Below are positions 52,599-64,000 of a DNA stretch of 64,000 nucleotides, piece by piece; the stretch's first letter is position 1, and each line of letters opens with the position of its first letter. The stretch is from Eledone cirrhosa (lineage: Eukaryota): the NCBI GenBank assembly GCA_964016885.1, contig OZ024761.1, positions 16,244,001-16,308,000 on the forward strand, in the 5' to 3' direction. The position numbers and the translations under genes were made by a program. Under the pieces are notes generated by a model. That model was given only the letters and a program-made list of their open reading frames with translations, was not told the DNA's origin and did no database searches.

Positions 52599-54838
52599 AT
52601 CATCATCATCATCATCAACGTTTAACGTCCGTGTTCCACGCTTGCATGGGTTTGGACGGGGGTAGTCCCACTTGAGGCAAGAGTGATTGTCTTGCTCGCA
52701 TAGGACTGTCTGGCAGGTTTTCTACAGTTGGATGCCCTTCCTAACACCAACCACATTTACAGTGTGGGTCTGGGAGGTTTTTACCGTGTTGCCTACACGG
52801 CCACATTACAGCGTGGACTGTGTGTTTTTTTGTCGTGACACCTACACGATCTCATTTGTTTCGGCCTGGATGGCGCGGCACCAACATAACTTTACATAGA
52901 ACGGGGTGGTGTGGATGGGGTGGGGGTGGCGGCGGGAGGGGTGTATTTTGTTAGAGATGCCTACTGGCAAGGCGGGTCTTCTCTGTTACTGAGTACCGCC
53001 AAAGGTCACGGTCCAGTGACATTGTCTTGGAGAGGTGTAAGTGTGTGAGGTCGGAGTTTATCAGCTCATCCCATGTTTTTCTAGGTCTGCCTATTCCGTG
53101 GCTACCGTCTATCTTTATTGCCCTGCACTTTGTAATACAGCTATCGACTTTCATGCGCATCACGTGTCCATACCAACGCAGCCTTCTCTCGAGTAAACAA
53201 CATCTGATCCCTCTTATCTCTAATTTTTTCCTTAGTTCGTTTATGCTTTGCCGTTCACGTATATTACTGTTACACATCCAGCGGAGCATGCAAGCTTCGT
53301 TCCTCTCTAGTCTGCGTATATCCTCTGCACACAATGCCCAGGTCTCACTACCATGCAACATTGCTGTTCGTATGCAGGCATCGTACAACCTGCCTTTCAT
53401 TTTTAGGGAGAACCCTTTAGCAGCTAATAGTGGTATAAGCTCTCTGAACTTTTTCCAACCAGTTCTGACTCTAGCTACAGTACTTTCAGAGCACCCTCCC
53501 CCACTGCTGATTTTATCGCCCAGGTAACGGAAGCTGTCCACTATTTCTATAAAACCCTCTGCGCAATTGAAAGAGCTAGTATTTTGTGGGTACTTGCTGC
53601 TACTTATTGCACCAGAACACCGGCCACATGTAAAGTCTATGTTCTTAGTTAGCTTACCTGTGATCCCACTACATCTTTTATGCACCCATACTTTGCATTT
53701 AGGACATAAGATGGAGTTTCTACCTACGCCTTTCCTACATACCGAGCACGACCATTTCCCAGAAGGGACCGCCGCCTTGTTTTCTTTCCTACAAACTAGA
53801 ACTTTGGTCTTAGCCAGGTTAATTTTAAGTCCTTTTGACTCTAGGCCGTGCTTCCATGTTTGGAATTTCTTCTCTAGCTCAGCCATTGATTCCGCTATGA
53901 GTGTCAGGTCGTCTGCGTATAGGAGTTCCCATGGGCAGCCTGTCTTGAACTCCTCTGTTATAGCCTGAAGGGCAATAATAAATAGTAGGGGGCTGAGAAC
54001 AGAGCCCTGATGGACGCCAACTTTTACGCTAAACTCTTCACTATATTCGTTGTTAATTCTAACCTTGCTGACTGTTTCTTTATACATGGCTTGTATAGCC
54101 CTCACAAGCCATTCGTCAACGCCTAGTTTTCTAAGAGCCCACCAGATAATGGAGCGGGGGACTCTGTCGAAGGCTTTCTCCAGGTCGACAAAAGCTAAGT
54201 AGAGGGGTTTACCTTTAGCTAGGTACTTCTCCTGTAGTTGTCGTACTATGAAAAGAGCGTCTGTGGTGCTTTTGCCTGACACAAACCCGAACTGCATTTC
54301 ATCTAGATCAATTCTCTCTCTGATTAGTTGCGCTATTACTTTTTCCGTGACCTTCATGACCTGGTCGATTAATTTAATGCCTCTATAGTTACTCCTATCT
54401 AGGGCGTCTCCTTTACCCTTATAACAGTTAACGATGATGCTGCTATGCCAGTCCTTCGGAACAACCCCATTCTGTACGACTTGGTTAACTATGCGGGTGA
54501 CCATGGTGTGTCCCACCGTGCCAGATGCCTTCAGCATCTCAGCAACTATTTCCGAAGGCCCAGCCGCCTTACCAGTCTTCATATCCTTGATTGCCTTACT
54601 TATTATACTCCCCTCGACTAACACTGCTGGTCCCTCTATCGGGTCGATATGGGGGAGACTGTCTTTCTCCCATTTATTCTCCTCATTTAGTAGCCTTTCA
54701 TAGTGACACTTCCAAGCTACCTTCTTATCAGTGTCGGTGATGGCAAGTATGCCATCATCGTTAAGTACACACTTCTCCCCGACAATATCACGGTTTTCCT
54801 TGACGCATTGCCTGGCAATCCTGAACACCTCACGTTTT
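52599..54838 (-). mobile_element. 5'-truncated RTE-clade LINE with 3'UTR and (GAT)n tail
   Basis: Open RT frame, ~350-bp 3'UTR, (GAT)n tail; endonuclease domain missing. Confidence 0.95.
52951..54836 (-). CDS. RTE LINE reverse transcriptase (N-terminally truncated) with PHD-type zinc finger
   Basis: [48 protein letters not shown] and RRLRWYGHV motifs, uninterrupted for ~628 codons. The ORF-track start at 55014 is read-through from microsatellite. Confidence 0.9.
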
Positions 54839-54909
54839 ATCTTTACAAATATACATATCAATTTGTATAAAGCGTTAAACCTATATATATATATATATAT
54901 ATGTATATG

Positions 54910-55011
<102 letters not shown>

Positions 55012-55087
55012 CACAACTCACCTATACATAGATCTATTACACAAGTACTTTTCTCATGAAAAGGTCTTGTGTATGCTAAATTGTGTC

Positions 55088-55185
<98 letters not shown>

Positions 55186-55253
55186 GGTTTAATGCTTTAT
55201 ACAAATTGATATGTATATTTGTAAAGATGTATGTACTCACAAACACATACATT

Positions 55254-55305
<52 letters not shown>

Positions 55306-55639
55306 TGCTAACATGATATCTTGAAGATAATGGTTTGATAGGTTCCACTGTCTATATTTCATAGAATCAGGAGGAGTTTGGAGCAGGTTCGTTTCAATAG
55401 AGTTAAAGGGATAAGTTTATGTGGAATACTCTGCTGCTTAACACTATAATTTAATGAACATGTAGCCTAGCTGATGGAACCACTGGAATACTCATTTATT
55501 ACACTGTGCTGGTAATGTACAGAATCAATGATCACCCAGTACACTCTGTAAAGTGGTTGGATCTTAGGAAGGGCAAGTAGAAAACTTGATAAAGAAAGAA
55601 TCAGTTCTGATTAGCTATGTCAAAGACATGTCAATCTCC

Positions 55640-56450
55640 CTAGTGTTGGTGAACTATACAATAAATGCACCCAGTACACTTTGTAATGTTGTTGGTGATA
55701 GGACAGACATTCATTTGTGGAAAACTTGCCAGAGTCGGGAGGACTGTTCAGCTGTGCCATAGACGTTACAACCTCCCCAGTGTTGGTGATCTATACAATA
55801 CACACACCCAGTACACTCTGTAATGTTGTTGGTGATAGGACAGACATTCATTTGTGGAAAACTTGCCAGAGTCGGGAGGACTGTTCAGCTGTGCCATAGA
55901 CGTTACAACCTCCCCAGTGTTGGTGATCTATAGAATACACACACCCAGTACACTCTGTAATGTTGTTGGTGATAGGACAGACATTCATTTGTAGAAAACT
56001 TGCCAGAGTCGGGAGGACGGTTCAGCTGTGCCATAGACGTTACAACCTCCCCAGTGTTGGTGATCTATACAATACACACACCCAGTACACTCTGTAATGT
56101 TGTTGGTGATAGGACAGACATTCATTTGTGGAAAACTTGCCAGAGTCGGGAGGACTGTTCAGCTGTGCCATAGACGTTACAACCTCCCCAGTGTTGGTGA
56201 TCTATACAATACACACACCCAGTACACTCTGTAATGTTGTTGGTGATAGGACAGACATTCATTTGTGGAAAACTTGCCAGAGTCGGGAGGACTGTTCAGC
56301 TGTGCCATAGACGTGACAACCTCCCCAGTGTTGGTGATCTATACACACACCCAGTACACTCTGTAATGTTGTTGGTGATAGGAAGGAAAACCAGTTGTAG
56401 AAAACTTGCCAACCAAATGGTTGGGAGGATGCATCAGCTGTGCCAAAGAC
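55640..56450 (+). repeat. 137-bp tandem repeat (~5.5 units), SINE-derived
   Basis: Identical ORFs at 55717 and 56128 (411 = 3 x 137); the unit contains CACCCAGTACACTCTGTAA..GTTGGTGATAGGA. Confidence 0.93.
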
Positions 56451-56627
56451 ACGAAAACCTCCGTAGTGTTGGTAATTTGCATAATAAACACACGCAGTAC
56501 ACCCTGTAATGTGGATGGTGATAAGACAGGCATCCAGTCATTGAAAGCTTGGTTGGGAAAATTCTTCAGCTATGTTGAAAACATGACAACTTCCCTAATG
56601 TTGGTGCCATGATATAATATACTCCGT

Positions 56628-56982
56628 ACATGGCTCAGTAGTTAGAGCATTGGCCTTGCAATCGAAAGGTTGTGAGTTCAATTCTCAGACCGGGTGATGT
56701 GTTGTTTCCTTGAGCAAGACACTTTATTTCACATTGCTCCAGTTTACTCAGCTGTAGAAATGAGATGATAGGGACTGGGGTCCCTATCTTTCCACTGTAG
56801 AGTGGTCGTGGAGGTGCCACGGCAAAAAAAAAAAAAGCACCCAGCACTCACTGTAAATGAGGTTGGTGTTAGGAAGGGCATCCAGCTGTAGAAATCAAGC
56901 CAGAATCAGTTCCCGTCCCACCCTTGCAAGCAGATGGAAAAGCGGACGTAAAATTATGATGATGATGATGATGATGATGATG
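56628..56982 (+). mobile_element. Full-length SINE family A with (GAT)n tail
   Basis: Highly similar to 3725-4072. Confidence 0.9.
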
Positions 56983-57109
56983 GGTGGCATGTTGAATCAT
57001 ATGTCAGGCTGTCACTTCACCTGGAGAGTAGAGACTCCACTTCAGTATTGGCAGGTCTGTAATGACATCGCCAACTCTTGCTAGCAGGGAAAAATGGACA
57101 TTGGCCATT

Positions 57110-57316
57110 TACCATTTACATTACTCTATATTTACTATTGTATTTTCATGGTAAACACTTTACCTCACATAATTATCTTATATAACATCGAATCTGTGAG
57201 ATATTGATATTATTTATTTTGAGAACAATAATACCTTAACATAAGTATGAGTAGCCAGTTATAGCTGGTTTAAACAGAAAGAGGTGAGAGAATTCTGGCT
57301 GGATACTGCCGGTTGA
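57110..57316 (+). mobile_element. piggyBac-like MITE, eroded termini
   Basis: Internal sequence matches 948-1167. Confidence 0.75.
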
Positions 57317-57474
57317 ACGAGAATGAGAATGATGCGAGAAGCTAGCAGCGAGCTCTCTTGTCTCAAGTCAGTTTTGATTCCCGGTTGATTTCGCTTCACT
57401 TCACTTCGATTATTATATTACAAGTACTAATGCATCTGATAAAAAGTATGAATGTCAGAGCATTTCATTCTCTG

Positions 57475-57505
<31 letters not shown>

Positions 57506-58009
57506 TCGCACACGCACACTCACACACACACACACACACACACTCACACCCATTTACACTTGCACACACACATTCACACACATACACACCTTCATACTCA
57601 TTCACTCACACACACACTCACACTTTCACACACATTAATACAAACTCACACTCATGCATACATACATTCACACACACACACACTCACACACTCACCATCC
57701 CCACCTCTATGAATTTGCAGCCTTGTGCTCCAATTAAGAAACGCAGTAATTACTATTATCTGAAACAGAGGAGTGGCAGATGAAAATAAGTGAAATAACT
57801 TGCTATTTAACGTTAAAATAAACTTTGGCAGTCTTTAATCCTTTCATCATCATCACCGTTTTACGTCCATTTTCCACACTAGCATGGGTTAGATGAGTTG
57901 TCCTCTTGTGGGCAATACTAGGTCAGGTGACCATATCTTACTCATTCAGAACTGATTTTGGCTTGGGTTCTACAGCTGGATGCCCTTCCTAACGCCAACC
58001 TCATTTACA

Positions 58010-59917
58010 GTTTCAGCTGGGTGCTTTTTGTTGTGACACCTACATGACCACTTTATAGTGTGGGCTGGGTGCTTTTTGTCGTGACACCTACATGACCACT
58101 TTATAGTATGGGCTGGGTGCTTTTTGTCGTGACACCTACATGACCACTTTATAGTGTGGGCTGGGTGCTTTTTGTCATGACACCTACATGACCACTTTAT
58201 AGTATGGGCTGGGTGCTTTTTGTCGTGACACCTACATGACCACTTTATAGTGTGGGCTGGGTGCTTTTTGTCGTGACACCTACATGACCACTTTATAGTG
58301 TGGGCTGGGTGCTTTTTGTCGTGACAACTACATGACCATTTTATAGTGTGGGCTGGGTACTTTTTGTCATGACACCTACATGACCACTTTATAGTGTTGG
58401 CTGGGTGCTTTTTGTCGTGACACCTACATGACCACTTTATAGTGTGGGCTGGGTGCTTTTTGTCGTGACACCTACATGACCACTTTATAGTATGGGCTGG
58501 GTGCTTTTTGTCGTGACACCTACATGACCACTTTATAGTGTGGGCTGGGTGCTTTTTGTCGTGACACCTACATGACCACTTTATAGTGTGGGCTGGGTGC
58601 TTTTTGTTGTGACACCTACATGACCACTTTATAGTGTGGGCTGGGTGCTTTTTGTCGTGACACCTACATGACCACTTTATAGTGTGGGCTGGGTGCTTTT
58701 TGTTGTGACACCTACATGACCACTTTATAGTGTGGGCTGGGTGCTTTTTGTCGTGACACCTACATGACCACTTTATAGTGTGGGTTGGGTGCTTTTTGTC
58801 ATGACGACTACATGACCACTTTATAGTGTGGGCTGGGTGCTTTTTGTCGTGACACCTACATGACCACTTTATAGTGTTGGCTGGGTGCTTTTTGTCGTGA
58901 CACCTACATGAGCACTTTATAGTGTGGGCTGGGTGCTTTTTGTCGTGACACCTACATGACCACTTTATAGTGTGGGTTGGGTGCTTTTTGTCATGACACC
59001 TACATGACCACTTTATAGTGTTGGCTGGGTGCTTTTTGTCGTGACACCTACATGAGCACTTTATAGTGTGGGCTGGGTGCTTTTTGTCGTGACACCTACA
59101 TGACCACTTTATAGTGTGGGTTGGGTGCTTTTTGTCATGACACCTACATGACCACTTTATAGTGTGGGCTGGGTGCTTTTTGTCGTGACACCTACATGAC
59201 CACTTTATAGTGTTGGCTGGGTGCTTTTTGTCGTGACACCTACATGAGCACTTTATAGTGTGGGCTGGGTGCTTTTTGTCATGACGACTACATGACCACT
59301 TTATAGTGTTGGCTGGGTGCTTTTTGTCGTGACACCTACATGACCACTTTATAGTGTGGGCTGGGCGCTTTTTGTCGTGACACCTACATGACCACTTCTT
59401 AGTGTGGGTTGGGTGCTTTTTGTCATGACGACTACATGACCACTTTATAGTGTGGGCTGGGTGCTTTTTGTCGCGACGACTACATGACCACTTTATAGTG
59501 TGGGCTGGGTGCTTTTTGTCGCGACGACTACATGACCACTTTATAGTGTGGGTTGGGTGCTTTTTGTCATGACACCTACATGACCACTTTATAGTGTGGG
59601 CTGGGTGCTTTTTGTCGCGACGACTACATGACCACTTTATAGTGTGGGCTGGGTGCTTTTTGTCGTGACATCTACATGACCACTTTATAGTGTTGGCTGG
59701 GTGCTTTTTGTCGTGACACCTACATGAGCACTTTATAGTGTGGGCTGGGTGCTTTTTGTCGTGACACCTACATGACCACTTTATAGTGTGGGCTGGGTAC
59801 TTTTTGTCGTGACACCTACATGACCACTTCTTAGTGTGGGCTGGATGCTTTTTGTCGTGACACCTACGGGACCCCTTTATAGTGTGGGCTGGGTGCTTTT
59901 TGTCATGACACCTACAC
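58010..59917 (-). repeat. 48-bp minisatellite (~40 units) grown inside a SINE/RTE-tail copy
   Basis: Unit GTGGGCTGGGTGCTTTTTGTCGTGACACCTACATGACCACTTTATAGT; directly continuous with the element 3' end at 57845-58010. Confidence 0.95.
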
Positions 59918-60104
59918 GTGGTGGGGCCATACTGTATATATATATATATGCTTCAGCTTCGGCCTGTGCCCATGGGAAGTTGGGTCTTCTGTATCACTAC
60001 GTAATGCCAGAGATCTCGGTCCTGTGTCTTCGCCTTTCATTAAAATATTTCTTATGACATACTGCCTATGATTTTCAAATCATTTGCAGCGATTTTGTAA
60101 TATA

Positions 60105-60464
60105 CTGTATTTGTTGGCCTGTTTGATGCTCCTTCATATTAGGGGCCCCCCCATTCCTGGTTTTACAAGGTCATTTTGAGAAAAAAAGAATTTTAGTATA
60201 TTTCTTTGTAAATTTATTAAAAATTATTTCATTGTTGTCTCAGAAAGTCTTTTATAAGTTTGACATCATTTTGCTTATTTAAACTCTATTGTATTACTGT
60301 ACGAGTAATACTAATAGTAATACAAACTAAATTTTTTAAACCATGATTGTCCTCACCCTCTGTTAGGCCTCCTATTGGTTATAGAGGTGTATTGGACGAA
60401 GGGAAGAATTTTAATATGTATTTTTGGGGAGGGAAAGGTGCGAGCAATAGGCTGGCAAATACAG
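60105..60464. mobile_element. Tc1/pogo-like MITE
   Basis: TA-CTGTATTTGTTGGCCTGTT ... AATAGGCTGGCAAATACAG-TA imperfect TIRs. Confidence 0.6.
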
Positions 60465-60665
60465 TAACTAGAACTTAAAACTGTATTCCTTGAACTCTTA
60501 ACATCCTATACCACATGAAACCGTATTAGCAAGTGATTCTTGGAAGTACAAACCAGCACTATGTGTTCATCACATTAAAAATTGAAGTCTCTACTATGAA
60601 TTATTTACTGCGAGTTTTCACAACAATATATCCAGTAGTAAAGATACTGTAAACATTTGAATTAG

Positions 60666-60829
60666 CTCTTTAGCATTTAAACTAGCTGCTCATACTGATG
60701 TTAAGGTATTGTTCTCAAAATAAATATCAAAATCTCATAGATTTGATATTATGTGAGATAATTATGTAAGATAAAGCCTTTACCATGAAAATACAATAGT
60801 ATATATAGACTAATGTAAATGCTAAAGGG
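60666..60829 (-). mobile_element. piggyBac-like MITE, internally deleted
   Basis: Ends AAATGCTAAAGGG-TTAA (60830-60833); body matches the family. Confidence 0.8.
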
Positions 60830-61970
60830 TTAACAAACCCATTTTTAGATATTTTCTGTTAAATCCTTAGTGGATGGTAATAGTTTTAAAAACTGTTATG
60901 AAATGATCACCAATGATTACTGGTTAACTAAGTTTGTCAAGTTCTTGATTATTTTCAAAATTATCAGCTAAATATGTTTTATTAATAAACATTTTAAAAA
61001 AGTCGTTAACAGATCTATTTCAAATAACAACACTATAGATATTTAAAGACGGAAAATGAAGCGAAGCGAAGGACAAGAGCAAGGGTTCTAGGGTTACAGA
61101 AGAATGAGAGGGGAAGATGGAGAGTGATGGATCTAGGCCTAGGGCTTGGCAGTGTTGGGGCTGTGCCCTGCAGACAAGACCACACAATATCATCTTTAGC
61201 AGTGTCTTTCTTAAGAGATGTGGTAATGAAAAAAAAAAAGACAAAAAAAAAGGGCAGTAGGAGTTTGGATTTGAAGGTGATTTGACTGTTATTTCTAGCT
61301 TGTCGGGTGACCGCTTTAAGGTTCCTTCTTTGGCTCAGCTCTCACCTGTGTTGCTGAATCAAGCATGTCCCCTTTTAGTTTTGTATTGTTATATATGATA
61401 TCTGATGCAATCAGTTACACCCTTTTACTATGAAATGTTCATAGCTTTGTGTCTTAATTCAAGGAACCCCATATCAGCTGTTTTGTGAAATCTTGTGGAA
61501 AAGTAGGGTTTATTTATTTATTTATTTAGGCATCATAATCCCTTTTCCCACTCTTCCCTTCTTCAGGGACTCTCTGCCTTGTTTCTAAATACATCCTTCA
61601 CTCCCAAATTTCAGTGTCACTTCACCCTCCCGCTCTCCTATACTCAATCTCTACCTCCACTTCCTAATTTCAGTGTCACCTCATCACCCCCTCTCCCTGC
61701 TCTACTCCACTCAAATTCCACCTCCACTCCTAAATTTCAGTGTCACTTCACCCCCAGTGTTTTTCTCCACTCAATCTCCCCACCCCCACCGCCATCTTGC
61801 TCTACTCTACTCAATCTCCACCACCACCGCCACCACACCCATGAATAACTCTCATGTGATGACTTTAAGAACACCCCCCACCCCCACCACCAACACCAAC
61901 ACCACTCACTTATCAGTTCTGAACCTTCCTCCTCCCCCTCCTCCTTCACACACCTATACATTCAGACACA

Positions 61971-62010
<40 letters not shown>

Positions 62011-62158
62011 CACACTCACACACACACACTCACACACACACACACACATATATGATGATGATGATGATATATATGCACACACATAGACACACACATACAC
62101 ACATTCTCAAACACACCTATATATATATATATATACACACACACTCACACACACACAT

Positions 62159-62313
<155 letters not shown>

Positions 62314-62478
62314 ATATATATACACACACACACATACACACATACACACACATTCTCAAACACATATATATATATGTACACACCTACATATATACATATA
62401 TATATACACACACACACACTGTCAAACACACCTATATATATATATATGTACACACCTACATATATACACATGCATACA

Positions 62479-62543
<65 letters not shown>

Positions 62544-62598
62544 GCACACACTCTCAAACACATATATATATATATATATATACACATGCATATATATT

Positions 62599-62631
<33 letters not shown>

Positions 62632-62676
62632 TCTAACACATATATATATATGTACACACCTACATATATATACACA

Positions 62677-62719
<43 letters not shown>

Positions 62720-62899
62720 ATATATACACACATTTGTGTGTTTTGTTTCATGTGTCACTAGGTTAGTAGGTCAGCTGTCCATCTCTCCCCTCCCCATCCC
62801 TCTCTCTTTCCTTGCCTACTCCTCCCATCACCCCACTACCACCCCACCCACTACCCCTCTCAGCTGTGACTTAGAAGACTCGGATTTCTCAGTAGTCAG

Positions 62900-63010
62900 G
62901 CCCCACCACCAACATCACCACCACTGCCTACACCACCATCAGATAACATATTTACCACCACCACCACTACTACCACATTCCACCGCCATCACCACCACCA
63001 CTATTACCAT

Positions 63011-63041
<31 letters not shown>

Positions 63042-64000
63042 GTAACAACACCACTGCAACACCACCACCACCACAACCACCTCTCTTATTATTAACACAA
63101 AGACTATACCACTACAGCAACTACTACTATTACTACTACTACTACTAAACAGCCCCACTATTATTAGTGCATGGAAACTATACCACCACCACTACCACCA
63201 CCACCACTACCACCACTACCACCACTACTACCACCACTACCACCACCACCAACAACAACAATTTGACAATACAACTGTAGATCCTGGTGCAACAAAGAAG
63301 AAAGAGGGAGAAGGAGGGACCGTGTTGCTACCTGCTCCCCCCCCCATTACTGCACCTCCACCGCCACCACCATGACCTATTGACCGTTTGACCAGGCTTC
63401 TAACCACCACCACCACCACCACCACCTCTACTGTAATACTATTGCAACATCACTACCACATCAGTCTTCTATAAGGACTTCTTTCTAACCCCTACTATAT
63501 CAACATCACTGTAACAGCACTACTGTCACCTGTACTGTAGCACCACTACCACCACAGCACTACCACTACAATACCAACACCACCACTACAATACCAACAC
63601 CACTTCCACCATAGCGCTACCACTAACACTACTGTAACACACACACACCATTGCAATACTACCACTACAATACCAACAACTCCACCACTAAAACTACCAC
63701 ATCTACCACTGCGACACTACTTCCATTACCACCTCTATTGCAACACCACCACCACCACCACCACCACTACAACTACCTTAACACCACTGCAACACTACTA
63801 CCAATACCACCACTATCACTGTTGCTACACTACCACCACCACCACCACCACTTGCTACAACACCACTACCACCATAACACTATTGCTACAACACCACTAC
63901 CACCATAACACTATTGCTACAACACCACTACCACCATAACACTATTGCTACAACACCACTACCACCACCACCACCATAGCACTATTGCTACAACACCACT
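62900..64000. repeat. ACC/ACT-rich low-complexity region ending in a 33-bp tandem unit
   Basis: ACCACCATAACACTATTGCTACAACACCACT-type repeats at 63850-64000. Confidence 0.85.

Overview
Repeat-dominated eukaryotic (animal) genomic DNA. The very dense (TA)n/(CA)n/(GAT)n/(ACC)n microsatellites and the SINE/RTE repertoire suggest a cephalopod, probably Octopus (inference). The only host gene I can identify is the first coding exon of a PTEN orthologue (7997-8075, [26 protein letters not shown]). It has 79 coding nt, as in human, and ends at a perfect U12-type (minor spliceosome) donor, GTATCCTTT. I could not find PTEN exon 2 by eye, so the remaining ~56 kb appears to be one very large minor-class intron. 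That intron holds a candidate alternative U12 acceptor (29498-29516), a 5'-truncated RTE LINE with an open RT frame and a PHD-type zinc finger just after the RT core, several tRNA-derived SINE families, TTAA-flanked piggyBac-like MITEs that repeatedly host nested insertions, hAT/mariner/Helitron remnants, and Penelope-like inverted repeats with hammerhead-like cores. Four tandem arrays (48, 48 to 39, 48 and 137 bp units) all grew from the same SINE/LINE-3'UTR segment. Nearly all ORF-track entries are translations of simple repeats.
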